Assembly: GCA_034530875.2 (NCBI GenBank)
Contig: JAVRCJ020000005.1
Span: 241,903 to 305,902 of the forward strand
Origin: Nostoc sp. DedSLP01
Lineage (GTDB): Bacteria; Cyanobacteriota; Cyanobacteriia; Cyanobacteriales; Nostocaceae
DNA length: 64,000 nt
Direction: 5' to 3'
Below, piece after piece: positions 10,259-18,845 of the stretch. Numbering within the stretch: the stretch's first letter is position 1; each line of letters starts with the position of its first letter. Below the pieces are notes generated by a model. The model was not told the DNA's origin. It did no database searches and saw nothing but the letters and a program-made list of their open reading frames with translations. The position numbers were made by a program, and so were the translations under genes.

Positions 10259-11107
10259 GTGATTTATTTTTTAACGGTTAATTACTATTCTAGCAATTTA
10301 ATTTTACAATTAATTAATTCTATACAGACAACAAGCGATGTAGACTACAAAGTAATTATTATCAATAATTCACCAGACGATCGCTCTATCGATAATCTCA
10401 AAACAGAATCAGTATTAATTTTTGATGCTGGGGCTAATTTAGGTTTTGGTTGTGCTTGTAATTTAGGCTTAGAATGGATTTACACCCAAGACCCCCAAGC
10501 CTATATTTGGATAATTAATCCAGATGCTTATTTAACAGAAAATACTTTAGAAAAAATTCAGCCTTTTTTTGATTTATATCCAGAAATTTCAATTCTTGGT
10601 ACATTGATATGTACTCCAAAAGGCGAAGTTTGGTTCGCTGGTGGTAGTTTTATTCCTAAAACTGGTGCAATAATTTATGAAAAGAAAGTAACGAAGATAG
10701 ATGCTGAGTATATTAATTGTGATTGGATTTCTGGTTGTAGTTTAATCCTGAATTTGAAAAATTTTAGTGAATGTCCTTATTTTGATTCTGATTACTTTCT
10801 TTATTATGAAGATGTAGATTTTTGCTTACGTTACGCTAATCGAGGATATATAGTTGCGATAAATACTAATTTTCTAGTCCTGCATGAAGGTTCGTCTATT
10901 ACTAATAGAAATATTTTTTTAAAGTTTAAAAATGGTACGTATGGTTATCTATTAGCAATGGATAAACACACGAGTAAAGGAATTTTTACTATTAGATTAA
11001 GTTTCCAGATTTTAAAAGCAACTTTACTAATTATATTAAAGCCAAAAGCAGGATTAGGTAAATTTTCTGGTATATGGGATTATGTCGTAAAACAGAAACT
11101 TGAATAA
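10259..11107 (+). CDS. GT2 glycosyltransferase (WbbL-like)
   Basis: VNYYS, NLGFGCACN, INPD, WISGCS and YFLYYEDVDFC motifs; GTG start. Confidence 0.8.
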   Translation: MIYFLTVNYYSSNLILQLINSIQTTSDVDYKVIIINNSPDDRSIDNLKTESVLIFDAGANLGFGCACNLGLEWIYTQDPQAYIWIINPDAYLTENTLEKIQPFFDLYPEISILGTLICTPKGEVWFAGGSFIPKTGAIIYEKKVTKIDAEYINCDWISGCSLILNLKNFSECPYFDSDYFLYYEDVDFCLRYANRGYIVAINTNFLVLHEGSSITNRNIFLKFKNGTYGYLLAMDKHTSKGIFTIRLSFQILKATLLIILKPKAGLGKFSGIWDYVVKQKLE

Positions 11108-11294
11108 GAACTCAGAAGTCAGAATGGGCTACGCCTTGCTACGCTAACAGGAATCAGAATCAATTAGTGAGGGATTCAGAAGAGGCAGTAATTGTAGACC
11201 ACTAAATTTTCAATTTAGCTCTTTTGTTAAACTCACTTATTCATCTGCCAGTCATACAGAATTCATACTGAATTCTGTATGACTCCTGAATTCT
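11107..11294 (+). repeat. Small dispersed repeat (about 150-nt family), copy A, carrying a nested ~24-nt insert
   Basis: Aligns by eye with the reverse complement of 26194-26352 (GAATCAAT..AGTG.GGGATTCAGA..TAATTG.AGACCAC..TTAAAC.CACTTATTCAT..GCCAG..AATTCAT.CTGAATTCTG). Confidence 0.75.
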
Positions 11295-11319
11295 ATTTAG
11301 ATAAATAATTTATTTTTAA

Positions 11320-12387
11320 ATGACATTATTAATTAATCTCTCATTTCTGCTAAATCAACCCACAGGTATCAGTACCTACGCTGTTAATTTGTTGCCTCAC
11401 TTACAAAAACTTTATCCCACACTCTTAGTTTCTCAAAATATCTCTGGTTATAACTGCTATCCAGTTCACGCTAACTTAACCCCAGAACAAGGAGTAAAAG
11501 GTCATTTGAAGCGCCTTGTTTGGACGCAATTTGAATTACCACAAATTTATAAAAAGCTAAAATCCCAAATTTTATTTTCCTTGCTTCCAGAAGCACCTAT
11601 TTATGCAAACTGCCGTTTTGTCGTGATGGTTCACGATTTTATTCCGTTGCGTTTTCCTAAAAGATTTTCACCGCTGACATCCTATCACCGTTACTACATT
11701 CCTCAAGTCATCAACCAAGCACAACACATTGTCTGTAACTCTCAGGCTACTGCTAAGGACATCACCGATTTTTATCAGATTCCAGCCAGCAAAATTACCC
11801 CAATTCCCCTTGCCTACGATCGCACTCACTTCCGTTTTCTCAATCTCCCCACCCGTAACTATTTTCTCTACATTGGACGCCAAAATACTTATAAAAACTT
11901 ACACGGGCTGATTGCTGCTTTTGCTGCGCTACCAAATAACAGCGACTACGAACTTTGGCTAGCAGGGCCAAGCGATCGCCGTTACACCCCAACATTAACA
12001 GCCCAAGTTGCCCAACTCGGCATCACTAATCGAGTGAAATTCCTAGACTACGTTCCTTACAGCGAATTGCCAAAAATCATCAATGAAGCCATCGCCCTTG
12101 TCTTCCCTAGTCTCTGGGAAGGTTTTGGTTTACCAGTCTTGGAAGCAATGGCTTGTGGGACTCCAGTCATTACTTCCAATCTTTCCTCCTTACCAGAAGT
12201 CGCTGGAGATGCAGCGATTCTAATTGACCCCTACAACACCAGGGAAATTACAGAAGCGATGGAAGCGATCGCAACCGATCCAGCATTGCGATCGCGCCTT
12301 TCCAACCAAGGAATTATTCACTGCCAACAATTCACTTGGCAAAAAACCGGACAAGCAACCGCCAAAGTATTATCCAGCTACATGTAG
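11320..12387 (+). CDS. GT4 glycosyltransferase (MtfB/WbpY-like)
   Basis: PTGISTY, VHDFIP, YKNL and FPSLWEGFGLPVLEAMACG motifs. Confidence 0.9.
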   Translation: MTLLINLSFLLNQPTGISTYAVNLLPHLQKLYPTLLVSQNISGYNCYPVHANLTPEQGVKGHLKRLVWTQFELPQIYKKLKSQILFSLLPEAPIYANCRFVVMVHDFIPLRFPKRFSPLTSYHRYYIPQVINQAQHIVCNSQATAKDITDFYQIPASKITPIPLAYDRTHFRFLNLPTRNYFLYIGRQNTYKNLHGLIAAFAALPNNSDYELWLAGPSDRRYTPTLTAQVAQLGITNRVKFLDYVPYSELPKIINEAIALVFPSLWEGFGLPVLEAMACGTPVITSNLSSLPEVAGDAAILIDPYNTREITEAMEAIATDPALRSRLSNQGIIHCQQFTWQKTGQATAKVLSSYM

Positions 12388-12409
12388 AATATTACCGTTC
12401 AGCAAAGGA

Positions 12410-12560
12410 CGCGGGGATGGGGCAGGGGAGCAGGGAAGATGGGGAGATGGGGAGTGTGGGGAGTATGGGGAGAAAGAGAATTTATGCCCCCCTCTCTTCC
12501 CACACCTCCCTCTCTTCCCACACCTCCCACACCTCCCCATGCCCAATGCCCCATGCCCAA
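12410..12560. repeat. STRR-type inverted-repeat cluster (GGGGAG/CTCCCC-rich arms, CCCCATG heptamers)
   Basis: A G-rich arm is followed by a complementary C-rich arm. Similar clusters lie at 14470-14550, 15425-15525, 16590-16700, 29115-29250, 31690-31800, 36735-36860 and 56580-56690. Confidence 0.85.
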
Positions 12561-12572
12561 TAACAAACCCTT

Positions 12573-13649
12573 ATGAAAGCATTAATTCTCTCTGGTGGTA
12601 AAGGTACACGCCTGCGTCCCCTCACTTACAGCGGTGCAAAACAACTCGTACCAGTTGCTAATAAACCTGTTTTATGGTATGGCATTGAAGAAATGATCGC
12701 TGCTGGTATTACTGATATTGGCATCATCATCAGCCCGGAAACTGGCGCAGAGGTGCAAGCAAAAACCGGAAATGGAGAATACTTCGGAGCCAAAATTACC
12801 TACATATTACAAGAACAGCCAGCCGGACTAGCTCACGCCGTTCAAATCGCCCGTCCGTTTTTAGGAGATTCGCCATTTGTCATGTACTTAGGCGATAACC
12901 TAATTCAATTAGGCGACTTAAGTTACTTTCTCCAACAATTTAAGCAGCAGCAGCCGGACGCTTTAATTCTCTTACGTCCCGTTTCCAATCCTACCGCCTT
13001 TGGTGTGGCTCAGGTTGACGATCGCGGAAGGGTATTGCAGTTAATTGAAAAACCGAAAATTCCTCCTTCAAATCTGGCATTGGTAGGAGTTTATTTCTTT
13101 TCTCACATTATCTTTGATGCGATCGCTAATATCCAACCTTCTGCTAGAGGCGAACTTGAAATTACTGATGCCATTCAATACCTAATTAATCTGGATAAGC
13201 AGGTTGTTGCACACAAACTCCAAGGTTGGTGGTTAGATACAGGTAAAAAAGATGACTTATTAGAAGCTAATCGTTTAGTTCTCGACACTTATTTGACACC
13301 ATCAATTCTCGGCGAAATTGATGCCCAAAGTCAGATTATTGGGCGAGTTAAAATCGGGGCCAAATCTAAAGTCATTAACTGTACAATTCGCGGCCCGGTA
13401 ATCATTGGTAACAATTGCCATTTAGAAAACTGCTTTATTGGCCCTTATAGTAGCATTGCTAACCATGCCACCCTCATTGATACAGATTTAGAACATAGCG
13501 TAATTTTAGAAGGCGCTAAAATTGCTGGCATTCATCAACGTATTATCGATAGCGTCATAGGACAACGCGCCCAAGTGACTCTTGCACCGCGTCGCCCAAA
13601 AGCTTTACGATTCCTAATTGGCGATGACTGTCAAATCGAACTCACATAA
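12573..13649 (+). CDS. rfbA: Glucose-1-phosphate thymidylyltransferase (long form)
   Basis: LSGGKGTRLRPLT, AKQLVPVANKP, YLGDN, SARGELEITDA and WLDTG motifs. Confidence 0.95.
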   Translation: MKALILSGGKGTRLRPLTYSGAKQLVPVANKPVLWYGIEEMIAAGITDIGIIISPETGAEVQAKTGNGEYFGAKITYILQEQPAGLAHAVQIARPFLGDSPFVMYLGDNLIQLGDLSYFLQQFKQQQPDALILLRPVSNPTAFGVAQVDDRGRVLQLIEKPKIPPSNLALVGVYFFSHIIFDAIANIQPSARGELEITDAIQYLINLDKQVVAHKLQGWWLDTGKKDDLLEANRLVLDTYLTPSILGEIDAQSQIIGRVKIGAKSKVINCTIRGPVIIGNNCHLENCFIGPYSSIANHATLIDTDLEHSVILEGAKIAGIHQRIIDSVIGQRAQVTLAPRRPKALRFLIGDDCQIELT

Positions 13650-13720
13650 TTAGGGTGTTGGGTATAAGGAAAGAAAAAGATCCGATTCCGTGTGGTTACC
13701 CACATTCCGCACTCCACACC

Positions 13721-13855
13721 CAATACCGTTCGGTTAAGATCCCCCCGCCTACAGCGACCTCTTTTTTAAGCGGGTAAAAGAGGGTTGTAAGCCCCCCTTT
13801 CCAACGGGGGTTGGGGGGATCTTCGAGGAATAAACACGTTAAGCGAACCGTATTG
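13721..13855. mobile_element. 135-bp MITE with 17-bp TIRs and a 10-bp target-site duplication
   Basis: TIRs are CAATACCGTTCGGTTAA / TTAAGCGAACCGTATTG (2 mismatches). The direct repeat ACTCCACACC lies at 13711-13720 and 13856-13865. Confidence 0.85.
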
Positions 13856-13910
13856 ACTCCACACCTGCTGAATTGTTAACACTGCGATAAATTTTTCACA
13901 ATAATATTGA

Positions 13911-14456
13911 ATGAGCATTACAAGTACCAAAATTCCCGACGTTCTACTAATCGAACCCAAAGTATTTGCAGACGATCGCGGTTTCTTTTTTGAAGCGTAT
14001 AACCATCAAAAATTTACTCAAGAAACTGGTATTTCTCCTAACTTCGTTCAAGATAACCAATCTTTTTCTAAGCAAAATGTCCTGCGGGGATTGCATTACC
14101 AAATCCAACAACCCCAAGGTAAATTAGTTCGGGCGATCGTCGGCACTATCTTTGATGTAGCGGTAGACATTAGAAAAAGTTCAGCCACATTTGGTAAATG
14201 GGTGGGCTACGAACTCAGCGCTGAAAACAAACGCTTACTGTGGATACCACCAGGCTTTGCTCACGGTTTTCTCGTACTTTCAGAAGTTGCTGAAGTGCTG
14301 TATAAAACTACAGATTACTACGCACCTCAAGGCGATCGCACGATCGTCTGGAACGATCCCGATTTAGCTATAGATTGGCCTTTAAATGCGCCACCGATTT
14401 TATCAGCTAAAGACGAAGCTGGTAAAACTTTGAAAACTGCCGAAATCTATGATTAA
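13911..14456 (+). CDS. rfbC: dTDP-4-dehydrorhamnose 3,5-epimerase
   Basis: DDRGFFFE, VLRGLHYQ, DVAVDIRK and GFAHGF motifs. Confidence 0.95.
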   Translation: MSITSTKIPDVLLIEPKVFADDRGFFFEAYNHQKFTQETGISPNFVQDNQSFSKQNVLRGLHYQIQQPQGKLVRAIVGTIFDVAVDIRKSSATFGKWVGYELSAENKRLLWIPPGFAHGFLVLSEVAEVLYKTTDYYAPQGDRTIVWNDPDLAIDWPLNAPPILSAKDEAGKTLKTAEIYD

Positions 14457-14551
14457 GTACTTTTAAGAAAATAGGGAGTAGGGAGTGGGGAGTGGGGAAT
14501 GGGGAGACGCGGGGACGCTGAGAATAACCAATGACTAATGACTAATAACTA

Positions 14552-15427
14552 ATGACTAAGAATAAATCAATTCTGCTGATTGGTAGTAACGGTCAAGTAG
14601 GGCAAGAATTACAACAAATTCTTTCATCCTACGGCAATGTTATCTCAGCGGCACGCCCAATATTAGACCTGGCCGAACCTGATACTCTGCGTAGCATTAT
14701 CAGATCCAAGCAGCCGCAAATCATCATTAACGCAGCTGCTTATACAGCCGTAGACAAAGCCGAAAGCGAATCTGAACTTGCCACCGCTATTAATGCGACT
14801 GCACCTTTAATTCTTGCCGAAGAAAGCGAAAAATTAGGCGCTTTTCTGATTCATATTTCCACCGATTACGTTTTCGATGGCAATGGGTGTCGCCCATATC
14901 AGGAAACAGATGCGACTAACCCCTTGAGTGTCTATGGCAAAACCAAACTAGCAGGAGAACAAGCAATTCAAGAGAATTGCACCCATCACCTCATTCTCCG
15001 CACAGCTTGGGTTTATGGAAACTTTGGCAAAAGTAACTTTGTCAAAACCATGTTACGACTCGGTGCAGAACGCCCAGAATTGCGTGTCGTCGCCGATCAA
15101 ATTGGTAGCCCCACTTGGGCGAAAGATATAGCCGCAACTATAGCCGAAACAATTCCTCATTTGAGCTTAGACATTGCAGGCACATACCACTACACAAATA
15201 GCGGCGTTGCTAGCTGGTATGACTTTGCAGTTGCCATTTTTGAAGAAGCCCAACAGCAAGGGGTTCCTTTAAAAGTTGAAAATGTCATCCCCATTACAAC
15301 CCCCGAATATCCCACACCCGCCCGTCGCCCTCCTTATTCTGTCCTTGCTTGTGGCAAAATTTCCACACTTCTAGGAAAATATCCCCCCCATTGGCGGCAA
15401 AGGCTCAGGCAAATGCTCACAGAATAG
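14552..15427 (+). CDS. rfbD: dTDP-4-dehydrorhamnose reductase
   Basis: GSNGQVG, AAYTAVDKAE, STDYVFDG, YGKTK and DQIGSPT motifs. Confidence 0.95.
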   Translation: MTKNKSILLIGSNGQVGQELQQILSSYGNVISAARPILDLAEPDTLRSIIRSKQPQIIINAAAYTAVDKAESESELATAINATAPLILAEESEKLGAFLIHISTDYVFDGNGCRPYQETDATNPLSVYGKTKLAGEQAIQENCTHHLILRTAWVYGNFGKSNFVKTMLRLGAERPELRVVADQIGSPTWAKDIAATIAETIPHLSLDIAGTYHYTNSGVASWYDFAVAIFEEAQQQGVPLKVENVIPITTPEYPTPARRPPYSVLACGKISTLLGKYPPHWRQRLRQMLTE

Positions 15428-15519
15428 GGAGTGGGGAATTGGGAATTGGGAATTGGGGACAGTTATTTTCTTGTCCTCCTCATCTCCCTCATCTTCCTCA
15501 TCCCCCCACTCCCTACTCC

Positions 15520-16254
15520 CTATCCTCTTTTCAAAACTCCTATTTCTTGTTGTTTCGGCAAGACATCTAAAACATCAGTTTGAGAACAATATTTTAAATC
15601 TTCTTGACAGTCAAGACGCAATAGGCGTTGACCGTGACTAGCTTGATGAAATAATCCTAATAAATTATCTTGCCATTGAGAATAAAGAGCGATCGCACCG
15701 ACAACTTCATCGTTACCAGCTAATTCTTCTGGTGACAACTGAGTTTGCTGTAAAACACTGTGGGCGATCGCACCCGCACAAACTGTATCCTCTAAAGAAA
15801 AACTGCCTTCCCAGCCTGAGCCGACAATCCATACTGTCTCTGGTTGTTTTTCTAGAAGAAATTCCACCACTGATGCTCGGTTGATTAAGGCTGCGGCTAA
15901 GACATTTGGCGAATCTTGTACCCGTTGTAAAGCACGAGTGCCATTTGTGGTACTGATAAATAACCTACGCCCTTCCACCAATTCTGACGTGCAGTCGAGG
16001 GGGGAGTTGCCCAACTCAAAGCCCGCTACTTTCGCACCGCCGCGTTCTCCAGCCCGCAGACGTTTTTCAGCAGGCCATTGTTCGCTAACTGCGATTAGTT
16101 GGTCTAAATCACTGAATACTTGTACAGCTTCGCCTCCAGCTGCCAAGACAGTCGCTATTGTGCTAGTGGCTCGCAAGACATCGACTGCGATCGCACATTC
16201 TGGCGGTTTATCCGTTGGAGTCAATTCCGGAGTGTGGTATACAAATAGCTTCAC
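15520..16254 (-). CDS. comB: 2-phosphosulfolactate phosphatase family protein
   Basis: [24 protein letters not shown] and SLEDTVCAG motifs. Confidence 0.9.
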   Translation of the reverse strand: MKLFVYHTPELTPTDKPPECAIAVDVLRATSTIATVLAAGGEAVQVFSDLDQLIAVSEQWPAEKRLRAGERGGAKVAGFELGNSPLDCTSELVEGRRLFISTTNGTRALQRVQDSPNVLAAALINRASVVEFLLEKQPETVWIVGSGWEGSFSLEDTVCAGAIAHSVLQQTQLSPEELAGNDEVVGAIALYSQWQDNLLGLFHQASHGQRLLRLDCQEDLKYCSQTDVLDVLPKQQEIGVLKRG

Positions 16255-16446
16255 GCGCTGGATACACCTGCTTTTATACTACTGCGGCAAACAAATAACA
16301 TTCTACCTAGTTACTGTCACTAACTACGATCGCAATTAATTGCACGGATTTTTTTACGATCTGAATACACAATGTACTTCATTAAATAGATAAATGGCAG
16401 TGGGGAGATGGGGAGGTAGGGAAATGAGGAAAAAAAGCGACAGTTT

Positions 16447-16486
16447 TTTAACAGGTTTTTAACTAAATCTTAAGAGTTCTTAATCG
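16447..16486 (+). promoter_or_regulatory. Direct-repeat array of about 11-bp period (Pho-box/OmpR-type binding-site-like)
   Basis: TTTAACAG-gtt-TTTAACTA-aat-CTTAAGAG-tt-CTTAATCG lies in the divergent comB/blaI-like intergenic region. Confidence 0.4.
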
Positions 16487-16709
16487 CCAATAAATGCTCA
16501 AAAAACTCATTTTTATCTTCTGAGACTTTCAGACTTGCTCCACGATCTTGTAATCTAAAACAAGAAAGCTAAAAGTCATTGGCTAAATAGGGCATTGGGC
16601 ATGGGGCATGGCGCATCAGGCATTGGGCATTAGTTTTTTCTTCCCCTGCCTCTCCATCTCCTCATCTCCCCCACTCCCCACTCCCCACTCCCCACTCCCC
16701 TGCAAAACT

Positions 16710-17129
16710 ATGGCACCTTTACCCGATTACCGCCCTAAACAATTATCTGTAGGCCCCTTAGAAGCGGAAATTTTAAATATCGTCTGGGAACTTGGTTCGG
16801 TTACAGTCAAAGATGTCCACGATCGCATTTTGGCCGATCCCAACCGCGAACTAGCTTATACTTCTGTCACCACAGTTTTGCGACGCCTCACAGACAAAGG
16901 TTGGCTGGCCTGTGACAAAAAAGGGCGGGCATTTTATTGGCGGCCGTTGCTGAGCAAGCAACAATCAGAAGTAATCAAAGCCCACGAACAGTTACAGCGA
17001 TTTCTTGCGGTGGGTAATCCTGATGTAATTGCAGCCTTCGCCGATAGTCTCGATGAAGCAGCCAGCGAACAAATAGCAGCCATCGCCAAACGCATACAAT
17101 CTGCACGCCAAGCCAGGGAGGGAAAATGA
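16710..17129 (+). CDS. BlaI/MecI/CopY family transcriptional regulator
   Basis: GPLEAEILNIVWE...LAYTSVTTVLRRLTDKG motif. The start is moved to the ATG at 16710 because the upstream extension is STRR-derived. Confidence 0.9.
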   Translation: MAPLPDYRPKQLSVGPLEAEILNIVWELGSVTVKDVHDRILADPNRELAYTSVTTVLRRLTDKGWLACDKKGRAFYWRPLLSKQQSEVIKAHEQLQRFLAVGNPDVIAAFADSLDEAASEQIAAIAKRIQSARQAREGK

Positions 17130-17968
17130 TGCATCTAATAATGATTGCGATCGCTTTAGCAGTTGCCTGGGAATTAAGATCCTCTTGGAAAGAATCCCAA
17201 GGCAGTTGGAATTTGCGGTGGCGGCGATCGCTATTTTTGTTCCTCTTCCCGCCCTTGCTAATTTTTATGACAGCGATCGCTGTTTTGTTCATGGGGCCTC
17301 AAGGCAATATGGGCGGGATGTACGCAGGCTCAATTAGTTATATCTTGGCATTAATTTATTTAGCAATTTTTGCCATTTTATGCATTAAACTTGCTTTTCA
17401 AGGTTGGCAGTCTGTGGAATCTGCGCGGAACTGTCCTAGCGTGAATTTGGGAGACAGACGAGCCAGACTACTCCAAACAGAAGCGATGTTTGCAGGGCAA
17501 ATTGGTTTTTGGCAGCCTGAATTAGTCGTAAGCGTTGGATTACTGCAAACTCTTTCACCCAATCATTTAGAAAGCGTCTTGGCACACGAAGAAGGGCATT
17601 ATCAGTACAGAGATACATTCTGGTTTTTCTGGCTGGGTTGGGTGCGTTACTGCACTGCCTGGTTGCCAAATACAGAACCATTGTGGCAAGAACTGTTAGT
17701 TTTGCGCGAACTCCGCGCCGACAGTTATGCAGCATTGCAGGTAGACCCTTTGGTATTAGCAGAATCACTGCTGTTAGTAGTCAGTAGCAGCACTCTATCA
17801 TCAGAAATTTGCTGTGCGGCATTGGGTTCTCCTAGCGCAGATCGTTTAGAACAAAGAGTAGAAGCTTTATTAGCACCACCAGAACCAACCCCAGAAGCTC
17901 AATTGCATTCCTGGCACGGATTCATGTTAGCTTTTCTACCTTTAGTGACTGTAATATTCCATAGCTAA
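17126..17968 (+). CDS. M56 (BlaR1-type) membrane metallopeptidase without a penicillin-binding sensor domain
   Basis: TM helices, VLAHEEGH (HExxH) and ELRAD; ATGA overlap with the BlaI-like gene. Confidence 0.85.
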   Translation: MMHLIMIAIALAVAWELRSSWKESQGSWNLRWRRSLFLFLFPPLLIFMTAIAVLFMGPQGNMGGMYAGSISYILALIYLAIFAILCIKLAFQGWQSVESARNCPSVNLGDRRARLLQTEAMFAGQIGFWQPELVVSVGLLQTLSPNHLESVLAHEEGHYQYRDTFWFFWLGWVRYCTAWLPNTEPLWQELLVLRELRADSYAALQVDPLVLAESLLLVVSSSTLSSEICCAALGSPSADRLEQRVEALLAPPEPTPEAQLHSWHGFMLAFLPLVTVIFHS

Positions 17969-17987
17969 GTTAAATTTAAAAAGGTAT

Positions 17988-18103
17988 TAGGACTTACGCA
18001 CTCAGATCCCCCAACCCCCTTAAAAAGGGGGCTTTAGAAGTTCCCCCCTTTTTAAGGGGGGCTAAGGGGGATCTAGGTTTCAGGCTTCAGTGCGTAACTT
18101 CTA
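17988..18103. mobile_element. 116-bp MITE-like element with 15-bp TIRs and a 5-bp TSD
   Basis: TIRs are TAGGACTTACGCACT / AGTGCGTAACTTCTA, with GGTAT on both sides and an internal AGATCCCCC...GGGGGATCT hairpin. Confidence 0.75.
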
Positions 18104-18117
18104 GGTATGAATCGACA

Positions 18118-18410
18118 TGTAGAGACGTTGCAATGCAACGTCTCTACTATTTGGTGCTTAACGTAGAACCGATGTCCAGCAAGGAACTGAAGTTCCTTGC
18201 TCATAGCAAAAGTAATCTAAAGATTACTAATACCGATTTAAAAAAAGAATGCGACAAATAGACCATTTGTAGAGACGCGATGAATCGCGTCTTCACCCAA
18301 GGATGTGTTGCGATCGTTAATTGAATTGGTTGGTATAAATATCCCTCAAGATTTTGAGTCTACTTTAGTAGACTTGAGCTATTAGCCAGAGAATTTATTC
18401 TCTGGCGGGT
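18118..18410. repeat. Stack of REP-like palindromes and nested small dispersed repeats
   Basis: Palindromes seen: GTAGAGACGTTGCAATGCAACGTCTCTAC, AGCAAGGAACTGAAGTTCCTTGCT, AGACGCGATGAATCGCGTCT, AGTCTACTTTAGTAGACT and GCCAGAGAATTTATTCTCTGGC. Confidence 0.75.
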
Positions 18411-18804
18411 GATGAAGCAATATTGTTGACTGATGACTGTTGACCGTTAACTGCGAAAAGTAGAATTTTTTTATTTGAAAGTTCCGTTAAAAAGCTATTA
18501 CAACACGAAATTGCGACGGTAACAACATACGTCTTCCCTGTAACAACTTCTGCCTTCCCTGTAGCAGCTTCCGTCTTCACGTTTCAGTATTACGCGCACC
18601 CTGTAGCAACTTCGATTACGCCTTTAACAATATCAGTTGCGATGATGACGATAAAAACTTTATTCTCCCCTAAATCCATGTTTTTGAAAGTCGCTAAACT
18701 CTTCCCTCTGCGATGCAAATTGCAAATTGCCGTAAATTATACCAATTCTCTAAAATCCGCCAACAGACTCAAACCCTGCAACCGAAGCTATATCTGACTT
18801 TTTT

Positions 18805-18845
18805 AATTACGAATTACGAATTACGAATTACGAATTACAAATTAC
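18805..18845. repeat. (AATTACG)n heptamer tandem repeat
   Basis: About 5 copies directly after the stop codon of the 806-aa ATPase. Confidence 0.9.

Noticed and set aside
12224..12601. Short ORFs across STRR clusters (also 15349-15641, 29025-29228 and 36783-36983)
   Set aside because: Low-complexity translations of G/C-rich repeats (PHLPHLP, WGVWG) with no protein signature.
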